64,000 nt of DNA from Octopus sinensis (Eukaryota): contig NC_042999.1 of assembly GCF_006345805.1 (NCBI RefSeq), positions 8,122,001 through 8,186,000 of the forward strand, in the 5' to 3' direction. The first letter of the stretch is position 1. Each line of letters begins with the position of its first letter. The position numbers were made by a program, and so were the translations under genes. Shown here one piece after another: positions 24,505-36,728 of this stretch. The notes beneath the pieces are model-generated. The model did no database searches, was not told where the DNA came from, and was given only the letters and a program-made list of their open reading frames with translations.

Positions 24505-24730
24505 AAGGCATCAAGCTGGCAGAATTGTTAGTAGTTTGGGCAAAATGCTTAGCAATATTTCTACAATCGTTATGTTCTGAGTTCAAATTTCACCAAGGTA
24601 AATTTTACCTTTCATCCTTTTGGGGGTCAAGTAAATAAGTACCAGTTGTGTACTAGGGTTGATTTAATTGACTAGCCCCCTTCCTCCCACAAAACTTCAG
24701 CTCTTGTGCCTAGAGTAGAAAGGATTACTA
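24505..24730 (+). mobile_element. SINE family B, diverged
   Basis: aagctggcagaattgttag...gttctgagttcaaatt...tgtgcctagagtagaaagg. Confidence 0.7.
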
Positions 24731-24879
24731 AGTGGTCATTTAGAATATAAATGTACATGAAATGTTGGGGGTAGATTTTTATTTTGATCCACTTTAAAGC
24801 AATGAATTTGTAATTTTTATATCCAAATGGATGTGGATGTTTTGTTGGAACACCAAACACTGAGGCAATCACCATCCAT

Positions 24880-25515
24880 CATATAGATGCATGGTGCATA
24901 AAAGTGCATATTTATAATTGTCAGCTAAGAGCATTAAAAATGGCAGATCCTGTGATTTCAACAAACTGCGTTTCATCAGTGACAGCTGTTCGCATGCCAC
25001 ATACCAGCCAAGTGTCACTGCCAATGATATATAAAATCTTAGTGACATTCCTTGCTTATAGTTAACTCTTCAACGTGCAAAGATATGGTGGTCAGTCCTG
25101 GTTGTAAAAGCAGCATTGGCCTCTCTTCTTGTTCCAAATTGAGTGGCTTCTGGCATTTGTTGACCTGAAAGGAAGTGGCCATTTGAGATGACAAAGGCTA
25201 TTAGTGATGAACACCACCTTTTTATGGATGGAAATGTTCAAGGATGACCCTTCTCCAATTAACATGGGAATCGCTTCTCTGCTGAAGACGTCCTTCTTGG
25301 TTCAGAAGCACTGGGGAAGACACTTAACTGCCTGACAATGAAAACAAGATGGTCAAAAGTTGCTTCGGTCAGTTGGAGCTAAAAGACCTGCCAAACAACT
25401 TATAGAGAAGCAGACCATATTATAGAGCATTGCCTTGTCTACCATCTACCATCCAACCCGTGCAGCTCAAAAGACCCTGCAGTGGTCAATAAAAATGGAA
25501 AGAACTGTGTAGAGA
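24880..25515 (+). mobile_element. Highly decayed Ingi/Vingi-like LINE 3' remnant
   Basis: Fragments GKTLNCLTMKTRWSK..SW and DHIIEHCLVYHLP resemble Ingi/Vingi C-termini (TLNRLRTG..KWG; DHII..CP.Y.PP). Many frameshifts. Confidence 0.4.
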
Positions 25516-26631
25516 AATGGGAAACCGTTATATAACTAATATACTCTGAAAAATCACAAGAAGAAACTTGTTAATAATTTTGTTGAAGAGGTTCAACAAT
25601 GACACAATAGGGTCACTTTCTTTGGCTTTTTCCGTAAGCGATGATAAATCTAAGATATTTAGAACAAAGTGAATTAGGTGTTTCGCTGCGTTCATATCTT
25701 CCCCAGCAATAATTTAACTGCATTAACGCAAGAGAAATCGCTACAACCAGAATTTAATAACAGATTACGGATTCACTTATCAAGCAGCGTACCTGCGGTA
25801 TGATAATAGCCATATATGATAGATTTACAACCATTTAAATATATTCGAGTTGATATTTCAATCTTCCATTATCAAATGTTCTTTGGTGTGTTTACTCGCT
25901 TTCTTTATCTCAAAGCCCAGAGTTCTTAGCAGATTGCTTTCATTCAAATTGTGTGTTAGCATAGATTTCTCGTTTCTTTGTTAGTCTTGGTTCCTCTTAT
26001 AGGTCACAGAATGTCGAGGAATCGCGGAATCAGTTATACTTTTAATCTGCTTTACACTTTCGTTTCTGTCTTTGATGCTACTCCGCTGTGTTGATAAAAA
26101 TACTGGCCCACTTGAGTTACGTCCCTTTGCTCCCCCACCCCTCCCCACCCCTCTTTGTCCTTCTTTCGTTTTTGTAGATAAAACATAGTCCAGATAGATG
26201 TAACTTTTAAACTATTGGTTTCCAGTAAAGATTTCTGCTGACTAAAACTGACTTTTGAAACATATTCATACACACAAACACACACACACCTAAACACAAA
26301 CACATACAACACTCACACACACCCACAGATATACACAAAGAAAAGAAATAAGGGTACCATCACTTAAAACTGTAGGCAAGTGATGTAAACTATGACATAG
26401 TTTTAGACTAAGTGCTTTACAATTTCATAATATGCAGGTGTTAAAATTCAGGTGTGAAGTAATAAAAAAAAGAGAAAGGGTAGATTTGCTAGTTTTTTTC
26501 CTTCCACAGTCAATAAAATCAAGGAATTAATGCCAGGTAAGAATGGGGTCGAGGGAGCTGATGGCTGATATTAAAGACTTTATCCTTCCATGAAAATCTG
26601 TCACCCTCTGTCTATATTCGAAACCCAAGAC

Positions 26632-26855
26632 TGTGAGCTGGCAGAATCGTTAGCATGTCGGGTGAAATGGTTTGCGGTATTTCGTCTGTCTTTACATTCT
26701 GAGTTCAAATTACGCCGAGGTTGACTTTGCCTTTCATCCTTTCGAGGTCGATAAATTAAGTACCAGTTACGCACTGGGGTCGATATAATCAACTTAATCC
26801 CTTTGTTTGTCCTTGTTTGTCCCCTCTGTGTTTAGCTCCTTGTAGGCAATAAAGA
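26632..26855 (+). mobile_element. SINE family B
   Basis: Head, central domain and first tail. Confidence 0.82.
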
Positions 26856-27106
26856 AATATATATTAGAAACCCAAATTAAATATAGTCGCTGCTTTGCCA
26901 TTATTCTAGTTTATATCACTGTTTATAAACAATGGCATCATTGTTGACATTTTTGCTGTGAGTTTGACAACAAAGCACCTGTAGCCCACTTTTTTTTCAC
27001 CAATATTTACAACCTTCACAGATAATACAGTTCTATATTTAAGAGATGAGGAACTATCTACATTATTTACATTCGACGGATATTTGTCCTCATCTTGTTT
27101 GTTGTT

Positions 27107-27152
27107 AACACAATGTTTCGGCTGATATACCCTCCAACCTTCATCAGGTGTC
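27107..27152 (-). ncRNA. Hammerhead motif family H1 (core intact, stem III ACGT changed to ACAT)
   Basis: Minus strand: gacac-CTGATGA-a-ggttg-gagggtatat-cagcc-GAAA-catt-gtgtt. Confidence 0.65.
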
Positions 27153-27426
27153 TTGGGGAAATTTCGAACCTGGGTTTTCATTCCCAAGGTATTTTTTGAT
27201 GTTATTATTATTATGTCCATGGGCATATGGTGTAGTGGTTGAGAGCATGGGCTACAAACCTCAAGATTCCGAGTTCGATTCCAGGCAGTGACCTGAATAA
27301 TAATAATAATAAGAAGAAGAAGAAGAAGAATAACAACATTGAAAAATACCTTATGGGCATATGGCGTAGTGGTTAAGAGCGTGGGCTACTAGCCTCAAGA
27401 TTCCGAGTTCGATTCCAGGCAGCGAT

Positions 27427-27470
<44 letters not shown>

Positions 27471-27537
27471 TAATAATAGCAACAACAACATCGAAAAATA
27501 TCTTAGGAATGAGAACCCAGGTTAAAAATTTCCCCAA

Positions 27538-27583
27538 AACACCTGATAAAGACTGGAGGGTATATCAGCTGAAACATTGTGTT
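27538..27583 (+). ncRNA. Hammerhead motif family H1, degenerate (G8A)
   Basis: aacac-CTGATAA-a-gactg-gagggtatat-cagct-GAAA-catt-gtgtt. Confidence 0.5.
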
Positions 27584-27693
27584 ATCAACAAACAAGATGA
27601 GGACAAACATCTGTCAAATGTAAATAATGTAAATAATGTAAATAATCTTCACAGATAATGTTGCAAATGTTATCAACACACATGCCCTCATAC

Positions 27694-27727
<34 letters not shown>

Positions 27728-28139
27728 CAAATAAATACTCAGCAAAAAATATAATGGTATCACTTAAAATTTCAGGTAAGTGACATAAAATTGTGATATA
27801 GTTTTAGACAAAGTGGTTTTGAAAATAATAATAATATACAGGTGTTAAACCATAGGTGTGAAGATGAAAGAAAGAAATTGAAGAACGGTAAGTAGGTTGG
27901 TTGAACTAGAAATAAAACTGTTAATATGATATGCGGATCACGGAAGGAATAAAGTTTAGATTTAGATATTAGCATAAGTTATAGGTTAAATACATGAAGT
28001 GGTGACGAAATTAAATGTGTTTTGGTGGAACCTTGCAAAAATGGTTTGTTATAAATTGATAACACTTACTAAATGTCTAAAAGAAGTATTAGTACTATTT
28101 ATATATATTATATCTATTATATATATTATATATATTATA

Positions 28140-28380
28140 AGAAAATACCATCCGAGCGTGGCCGTCTGCCAGCCTTGTCTGGCACCTGTGTCAGTGGCAC
28201 ATAAAATCACCCACTACACTCTCGGAGTGGTTGGCGTTAGGAAGGGCATCCAGCTGTAGAAACACTGCCAGATCTGACTGGCCTGGTGCAGCCTTCGGGC
28301 TTGCCAGACCCCAGTTGAACCGTCCAACCTATGCTAGCATGGAAAGCGGACGTTAAACGATGATGATGATGATGATGATG
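28140..28380 (+). mobile_element. Family C repeat
   Basis: One about 60-nt unit, conserved tail and (GAT)n. Confidence 0.8.
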
Positions 28381-29070
28381 ATATATCATGATGATGATAT
28401 ATATACAAGTGCAGGAGTTCTGAGTTCAGTCCCACTGCTAGGCACCTTGGGCAAGTGTCTTCTAGTATAGCCTTGGGCCGACCAAAGCCTTGTGAGTGGA
28501 TTTGGTAGACGGAAACTGAAAGAAGCACGTCGTATATATGTATGTATGTATGTGTGTGTGTATGTGTGTGTGTTTGTGTATGTATGTATGTAGGTATGTA
28601 TGCATGTATATATGTATATATATATATGTGTGTGCGTATATGTAGGTATGTTTGCATATGTATATGTTTGTATGTATGCATGAATGTATGTGTGTATGTG
28701 TATGTGAGTGAAAAGCAACAATAATTTAAAATCATTCCTAAGACAAAGTTTGATTGCCATTCTCCCCTGCCAACCACATGGACCCAGGTTCATTCCTGCT
28801 GAGTAACTTGGACAATTGTCTTCTACTATAATCCCAAGCTGGCCAAAACGGGATCTCTGATGGATCAGAATAAATTTATCTCATTTTGCCTCACAAGAAC
28901 CACAAACATAGGAACTGAAATTTGTTTTTTTTTATCAAACTGTTGGATGCTCATACATTGAAAGTAATGGAAGAGTCCACCTTGTACTTTGTGTTTATGT
29001 GTGTGTTTGTGCATAAGACCAAGATTAATGGAACACAGATAATGAAAATACTTCCAATGTTTCATTTCAG

Positions 29071-29367
29071 AGAGCAAGCCCTTGAAGTCAAATTCAGAGA
29101 AGAAACCTGCCAATGACCAATCCAAAGACACAATCCCGACTACAACTGGTCCAGCGAAGCAGCAGCAGCCATCTGGTCATTCCAGTCATTCGGAGTCAAT
29201 GAAACACGAGGATATCATCATCAAAGCATCGGACAATGAACTGAAATCAAACACTGATCATGATGACCCTTGTAATAAACTGGAATATCTTCGGTTTAAA
29301 GAAAAGTTACTCCATTTCCACTGTGAACGATTCCAAGAATCAGACTGCAACCAGGATACTAAAGAAT
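29071..29367 (+). CDS. FSTL5: Internal exon of FSTL4/5-like gene: polar linker plus first helix of the EF-hand region
   Basis: Acceptor ttcatttcag ends at 29070 and donor gtaagt starts at 29368; 297 nt, phase 1/1, in frame with the previous exon (C+AG=Gln). Ends in PCNKLEYLRFKEKLLHFHCERFQESDCNQDTKE, similar to the C..Y.R.K..LL segment of FSTL4/5. Confidence 0.85.
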
Positions 29368-30397
29368 GTAAGTAAACGTTTAGCCAATCCCTTTTTTGTT
29401 CTTCTGTTGTGTCTGGGGAGAGTCATTTCCTTTTTGTGCCTTATAAAGTAACACACTCACCGGTAAAATTTCCACTTATTTCTTACTTTTATTTTCCTAA
29501 AATTTTTGTTGCGTCTTGCAACCTTTTCAATAGTCTTGACTCTTTGTTGTTGTTATTTGGCATATTTGGACCTTTGGCATTTAAATTGGCAATATCTGGG
29601 GCAGACATGAGGCAGTCAGCTGGCAGAAGCATTACTGTACTGGACAAAATGGGGGCCAACATTTCTTCCAGTTATGATAAGCTAGCAGAATCATTAGCAC
29701 ACAGGACAAAATTCTTAGTGATATCTCGCCTGTTGCTATATTCTAAGTTCAAATTCCATTGAGGTCGAATTTGGTCTTCATCCTTTCAGGATCGATAAAT
29801 TAGGTACCAGTGACCTATCCCCTCTCATAAATTTCTATAGTAGATAAAAATATCTGGGAGAGATATTCCACCTCTCTTATGTTCAAAATAACTAGATCCA
29901 ACCTCTCACACCTAACCTACAATGTCATTCTAGAAGCTCACCATTGAAATCTTGAAGCTACAAGATAATGTGTGATTAATTAAATAAATGTGAATAAAAT
30001 AATCATTACATTTGACAAAGAGAGCTGAAAGCTAAAGGGATTAACCCATTTACATTTAATCTGGCCATATCTGGCCCTGATAATCTCTTTCTGTTTTAAG
30101 CCTTGAGCAAGGTACTACATTTCCTATTGCTCCAGCCTGGTCAGCTGATAAGAAATATTAATTGAGTTCATGAGTATCCCTCACTCAGTCTTCAATGTTC
30201 CACTGGATCTAGTTGGGGGGGGGGACCAAGAGAGTATCTATGTCTGCACGCAACTGTATGCACAACTAAAAGAGACTTAACAAAACCATGGTACCAGCTT
30301 TCAGGTCATATTCTCTTGTGAGTGACAACTAAGCCTTTACCTCTGCTGTCCAACTCCAAACTTTAATTGATCTGCAAAATAAAAACGAAATATTCTT

Positions 30398-30940
30398 ACA
30401 GTTCTGTATTTAAGAGATGAGGAATTATGTACTTTATTTACATTTGCATGTACTTCATCCCATGCAGCTGTGGTAGGTTATACAAAGGCGAAACATGCCG
30501 CCCCCTCAAAATAAGGGTAGAGGAACATCGCAAAGCTGTGACCTGAGGAGATATTGATAAATCAGGTATAGCTGATCATGTATGGAAAAATGGAGAACCC
30601 CTCACCCCTGTGGGATGAAGTTAAAATAATAGACAGAGAACACCACTGGAAAATATGAAAACTAAAAGAAGCAGCACTTGTATTAGGACACAACAACCTC
30701 CTAAGCAGACCGAGTGTAGATATGAACAGCATATAGGAACCGGTTCTAAGGAAGGATAGGAAAATATTAGATTCATAAGACCTAAAAATTCATATAATAA
30801 TAATAATAATAATAACATTGAAAAATACCTTAGGAATGAGAACACAGGCTTGAAATTTCCTCAAGACAGCTGAAATGTTGAGTTAACAACAAACAAGATG
30901 AGAACAAATATCCGTCAAATGTCAATAATGTAAATAATCT
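30398..30940 (+). mobile_element. 5'-truncated Penelope-like element with inverted terminal piece and 10-bp TSD
   Basis: Inverted tail end 30398-30446; GIY-YIG remnant; (AAT)n; same tail as the tRNA-headed elements, with the hammerhead core deleted. TSD aaatattctt at 30388-30397 and 30941-30950. Confidence 0.85.
30448..30778 (+). pseudogene. Penelope-type GIY-YIG endonuclease domain, decayed
   Basis: YFIPCSCGRLYKGETCRPLKIRVEEHRKAVT*GDIDKSGIADHVWKNG / WDEVKIIDREHHWKI*KLKEAALVLGHNNLLSRPSVDMNSI*EPVL. Matches the PLE EN pattern VY.IPC.CG..Y.GET.R.L..R..EH..S.IA.H..W..V.I.D.E..W..R..KEA. Confidence 0.88.
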
Positions 30941-30975
30941 AAATATTCTTCTCAAAAATGTTATGATTAAAATTA

Positions 30976-31225
30976 TTGGGCTGGTGCATAATTATTGCAG
31001 CTTTTTTCCAACAAATTTTATTCAACAAAAATAATAACAATATTTAACAAAAACATCTTTAAATGATGGTCTGCCCATCTGCCAAGCAAATGGGAAGCAG
31101 GAATTGAAGTAGATGGTGAATGTGCTCCGGAATAATCATTTAAAGATGTTTTTGTTAACTGTTGTTATTGTTTTTGTTGAATAAAATTTGTTGAAAAAAG
31201 CTGCAATAATTATGCACCAACCCAA
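30976..31225 (+). mobile_element. Internally deleted mariner element (about 90-bp TIRs)
   Basis: TIR ttggg(c/t)tggtgcataattattgcagc, resembling mariner TTAGGTTGGTGCA ends; TA at the left flank. Interior encodes LPSKWEAGIEVDGECAPE*, a mariner transposase C-terminus. Confidence 0.8.
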
Positions 31226-31954
31226 AAGTAAATTACAACAGGCTGAAATGATTAAACATTGAACGATTTAATAATGTAATTGAACGGAATATTAGAAAAT
31301 TTGATTGGTTGACAGAATTATTAATATTTAAATCTGATTGGATGACAGACTTATAAATATTTAAATAAACTTTTCTGATAGATTTCAGCATTAAATAATT
31401 TGAAATTCTCATATAAAACTTTAGATGATAAAAATGAAGAAATTCTGAATTGTTAATAAGACCGATTACTTGTATTATTTTCATATTTTCATTGAATTGA
31501 ATATTTTAGACTGATTTTTAAGGAATTATTATGGAAATTATATTGGAAAGTGCTGGTACCATGTAAAAAAGTATTGGTTTTGGTGCTATGTAAAAAGCAC
31601 TGGGGTTGGCCCCATGTACAAAAAAAAACACTCAATACACTCTGTAAATGGTAGGCATTAAGAAGGGTTTCATCTGTAGAAACTAAGCTAAAGCAGGCCA
31701 TGGATTCTTGTGTGGCTCCTGGCTTTACCAGTTTCTGTCAAACCGTCCAACCCATGCCAGCATGGAAAATGGACGTTAAATGATGATGATGAGGATGTTG
31801 ATAATACTATATTGCACTACATGTTGCATATTACTATTGGTAATGTGGGTGCCATCAATTAGGATTGTTCTTGTACCTTTCTGGTACCTATTGCTGTTCT
31901 TTAATTTCAAGTTTTTTCTGATCCCATTGATAAAGTTATTCCAGCTACAATGAC

Positions 31955-32515
31955 TGAAGCATCTGGACACATCTTCAATGATGTGTCTGGTATCATTGGG
32001 TGTTTTGGGTCTTTCAACATCGTACACCCTCCTCCAGGTGACCCAGCTGGGGCTGATCAGACCCCAGCTTGTGTCCAGATGGTCAGCTAGCTACCCCATG
32101 GCTCTCCTCTTTTAATCCACAGCCATCTTGAGGCCCTCTCTACTACATCGGTGGTACTGTGGATGGCCTTCCTCCTTCTAACTCCCTCAATGCCTCAACT
32201 ACTGAAGGCTCTGGTAAGGGAATGGGCTGCAAAACCCCTGTATCCAGCCTCCACTGGGAGACACCTCGCTCTCCAGCCACCCTGCTGGCAGTCACTGACC
32301 AGACCCTCGTACTTGGAGAGCTTTCTCTCAAAAGCTTCTTCCAGGCGATCTTCCCATGGGACAGTCAGCTCCAGCAGCACCACTTGCTTGGTGGACTCAG
32401 ACACAAGGACAATGTCCGGTCACAGGGTGGTGACCACAATGTGGCCAGGGAATTTCAGCTGATGTTCAAAATCCACCAGCAGCTGCCAGTCTCTTGCAGA
32501 TGTTAGGATGACCGC
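31955..32515 (-). mobile_element. HERO-like RLE non-LTR element, 3' fragment
   Basis: ILTSARDWQLLVDFEHQLKFPGHIVVTTL*PDIVLVSESTKQVVLLELTVPWEDRLEEAFERKLSKYEGLVSDCQQGGWRARCLPVEAGYRGFA, followed by a 3' UTR. Confidence 0.85.
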
Positions 32516-33549
32516 CAATGTTTTTCTGTCTGTTTTATCAACTGTTGTCTGTCAATTTAGGTTGATTTGACTGCTATTTCTAATTAGTCGAGCAACAATA
32601 CACCAACTCCTTCTTTGGCACATTCTAATATTTATTTGATTAATTTTTGTCTGAATAGAAGTTAAAGGAAATCTTATCAATGGAAATCAGAACCAATTAG
32701 GTACTAATTATAGATTTGGTAAATAATGCAGTCCACCTTTATTACAATAACACCAATTCCTCAGAAAATTCTTATTTAGATAAATGTAATAACATAAGAG
32801 CAATATTGGAGGTTGTGAAAGTTGTGGTGATTGGTGGGCTGCAAGTTGAACTCTGAGTGAGAGCTATGGAAATCTTGGCATTTCAAGAATGAGCCAAAGA
32901 AAAACCATCAAGAACAATATAGAAGATACTGAGGAATCACCTAGATGACTTTGGCTGAAATGAATTGGTCAGTGGGGTCAGTAGAATGGTACTTGGACAC
33001 AGGCCTAGGCATAATCAAACTAGGTTGGGTCATCTGGATGTAGGTGTGTGTTGCAAGGCCTGAAACAAACATGAAACCCAGGACACAACAATGATGATGG
33101 GTTCAAGTATTAAATCTGCAGTTGTGTGTTGAAGTTTAATGTTTGAACTTGTGTCTATGTTGCAGTTGTTGTTGTTTAATCCCAGGGCATCCTTCAGCCA
33201 GCAGCCCTATTATCTTAAGTATTCCTAACTTGACAGGCTGTTCTGTGTATATACTGCTTATGTTGGACTAAAAGGGGGCATCATGTTATCCACTGTGATG
33301 CTCCCATTTGAAGCTGGCAAGATGCTGTAATTTGAGGGAGGTTTAGTTTGACCAAGACCTCTGGAGATATGCTGTGACTTTAAAGACCCGACAAATGAAG
33401 TGAGTTTGTGGCTCGCAGGACGGCCTGCTAACCTTGTATTGTAGAGTGACCCGCTGTTCCTGAGGAGTCAAGTACATTAAGTTGAGTCATGTATGTTAAC
33501 ACCAACATCAAAATGAAAATCAAATGGAAATTGTAGTTAAGATACCCAT

Positions 33550-33862
33550 GCCGGTGACATGTTAAAAGCACCATCCGAACGTGGCAGTTGCCAGAGCCGC
33601 CTGAAAGGCGTCCGTGTCAGTGACATGTAAAAGTACCAACCGATTGTGGCCGTTTGCCAGCCTCCCCTGGCACCCGTACCGGTGGTACGTAAAAAGCACC
33701 CACTACACTCACGGAGTGGTTGGCGTTAGGAAGGGTATCCAGCTGTAGAAACACTGCCAGATCAGACTGGAGCCTGGCGCAGCCTCCTGGCTTCCCAGAC
33801 CCCGGTCGAACCGTCCAACCCATGCCAGTATGGAAAACGGACATTAAACGATGATGATGATG
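33550..33862 (+). mobile_element. Family C repeat
   Basis: Tandem units, conserved tail and (GAT)n. Confidence 0.8.
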
Positions 33863-34550
33863 TAGGACTAAAAGGAAGCATCACATTATCCACTGTGATG
33901 CTCTCATTTGAAGCTGGCAGGATGTTGTAATTTGATGGAGGTTTAGCTACTCTTTTTAGCCATTTTAGAAACAACACAGAGGCTGTCTTATTCTGCTTGT
34001 CTGTTCGCTGCATCGACAAGGAATGTCTGATTTAAGCTGACAACATTCCCAGGATTTGGCCAGCGGTTGCCTGCATCAGCTTCAGATTGCACAAGACTTT
34101 TATTGATAACAGCATAATCCACAGGAAGAATATAAAAGACATAATTATTATTTGAGAAATCCCTTCAGCAAATAAAAGACCAATATGATACTTGTCGGTT
34201 CTTACTTGTACAGCAGCAGCAGCAGCAGCAATATTTGTATATCTGAGAACACCATGATATTAAACAAAAAATCAATACCTACATAGAAGCACTCATGTAG
34301 GTAAAGCAAAGGCAAAAAAAAAATAAAAAAATAAAAACAAAACAAAACAATTCCAGGCTTATCAATTTAATTTTAACATTTTTCCCCATTTAATCTTTGG
34401 AAAAATCTTTGAAATATTTCATGGTGTTAGAAATATAGATCTGTTTTGTTAAGATAGGAATCTATAGTTTTGTGTGTGAATATACATAGATTTTCATATA
34501 TATATATATATAAGTAATTGTCCATGTGTGTATAGTGTATGTGCGAATGT

Positions 34551-34587
<37 letters not shown>

Positions 34588-35454
34588 TATGTAATTGCTC
34601 ATGTGTGTATAGTATGTGCGAATGTGTTTATATGTCTATATATATAAAACTTATATATAAGTACTTGTTCATGTATGTATAGTGTATGTGTGAATGTGTT
34701 TATATATATATATATATATCAATCATCATCGTTTAATATCCACCTACCATGCTGGCATGATATATGTATATACACACATACACGTCCACACCAATGACCT
34801 AGTTCTCAGAGCTGAATGTGGCAAAATATAAAAGAAGAAATAAAGAAATTGAGAAGAAACCCTTTTTTAAAATTATATTTGTATTGAAATGCGCTGTCTT
34901 TGTTTCCATTAATTTTGGAAATTTTTAAGAATTTAATAAAATAACTGAAGTTTGGAAAATAAATTGAAAATGGAATTTCGATAGAGGGTTTTAGTTTAAG
35001 TGACTTTAACCCATTTACTACCATATTTTCTGATGAAATCCTCTGCTTTTGTTTCAATTAATTTTGGAAAAAATGAATCTAATAAAATAACTCCATCTTT
35101 GTGAATCTGGGATTTGGAATTAATTAAATTAAAATGGAATCTTGATGGAAAGCTTTAATTAAGATCACTTTAAGACAGGAGGCTTGCCTGAGAGTGGTTC
35201 CAAGTAAATTGGTATTAAAAGCATAAGATTATCTTTCTCAAAGACTAAATTTTTTAGTTTGCCAGAAAGATGTCAGGAATTGCTGCCAATTCTCAAGAAA
35301 TCATGTTTATGTAGTGTACCTTGTATAAACCATGGTAAACTTAGATAAAACTTAGATATGTTTCGACCAAAGATTGGTCCAGGCCATGTCTAACTTAATA
35401 GCACCACCTGATAGGATTATCTAAATCCTGTTTATGCCAAGTTTTGTTTATGGT

Positions 35455-35720
35455 CCATTCAAGTAGTGAGTTCTTGTTGGGTGTGTTGTATCCAATTATG
35501 GGTGGCTTATCCAGTATTCCTTGAAGAAATCTGTCCAGACTCCATTTAAAGGTGATGGGATCCTTTTCCTCTTTGATCTCTTTCGGGCCTGTTGAGGAAA
35601 AGAAATTATGTTGCAGTGTACCTATATGCTGTGATCCTGAATTGGGCAGGGGACATATGGCCCGTGGTCCCAGCCTTGGATGAACCTTGAAGCTAATGTT
35701 CAGGTCGTATACAAGATATA
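35455..35720 (-). mobile_element. CR1-like LINE 3' remnant
   Basis: LNISFKVHPRLGPRAICP..HIGTLQHNFFSSTGP / KEIKEEKDPITFKWSLDRFLQGILDKP.I.GY.T.NKNSLLEW. Confidence 0.6.
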
Positions 35721-36509
35721 TAAGTAAGTTCTCAAGAAATTTTGCTAAGAAGGATTTTCAAAGAAGAAGCAGTAGGAAAAGTTTGCAGAAAGAGGTTGGG
35801 TGATAGAAATTCTTACAAAAGCTTGGAAGATTCCGTAAAATAGTTGATAGATTCCATCACCTAGATGACCTAATTACCAGAAGATAGGTAGTTTTGGAGA
35901 GGACAGTGGTCAGAGTAACAATGTTTCTCCTGCAACAAAGGGATTCTCTGTTTCAATGAATGGTAGAATGTACCATTCTTGTGCATGAGGTCGTTACTAT
36001 AAAGAATAGTGAAATCTTTTTGAGATTTTTAATTAAAAAAAAATGTTTATTTTTATCGTAAACAAAAATATTGTTGTTAATACCAATGACAAAACCCCAA
36101 ATAGTTTGAAGCTTATTGTTCTTGGGCAAGGAATAATAGTAGCCATTTTCATGAGTTTCTTAATATTAGCTGGTCATGGAGTGTTGCTGCTGCTGCTGCG
36201 GTCTATTGTTCTTGTGCTGTGACAGCACTCTGGCCTCTGCTGGTTTTGCTACTGTCTGCTGACTGCCATGTGCTGTGTCTGGTCTACCATCTGATTCACA
36301 GTAGCAGCTAAAATGGGCTGAATATACTGAGGTGGTCTTGGTTAAAAATTAAAAGCATGCCAAAGATGAAATCTTTGTTAGATCTGGTCCTACAAGTTTT
36401 AAAGGGTCAGAATTTTTTATTGCCTGGGTAATATTTTGGCATGTCATGATTGTATTCTTGAGGGGATTTTTGCTACAGATATAGTGATCTGGAGGTGAGC
36501 TGAAATGGT

Positions 36510-36728
36510 GGGGAGCTGGCAGAATTGTTAGCACGCCAGGCGAAATGCATAGCCGTATTTCGTCTACCGTTACGTTCTGAGTTCAAATTCAGCCAAGGTC
36601 AACTTAGCCTTTCATCCCTTCGGGATCAATGAAATAAGTACCAGTCATGCACTGGGGTGTCGATGTAATCTACTTAATTCCTTGGTCTGTCCCCTCTATG
36701 TTTATCCCCCTGTGGGCAATAAAGAAAT
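36510..36728 (+). mobile_element. SINE family B
   Basis: gggagctggcagaattgttagcacgcc head plus central domain. Confidence 0.8.

Larger units (their letters stand above)
27027..27646 (+). mobile_element. tRNA-headed, hammerhead-bearing element, copy 2 (two tandem heads)
   Basis: Inverted tail 27027-27213; head 27221-27295; second head 27355-27429; tail about 27489-27646. Perfect 13-bp TSD cttcacagataat at 27014-27026 and 27647-27659. Confidence 0.85.
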
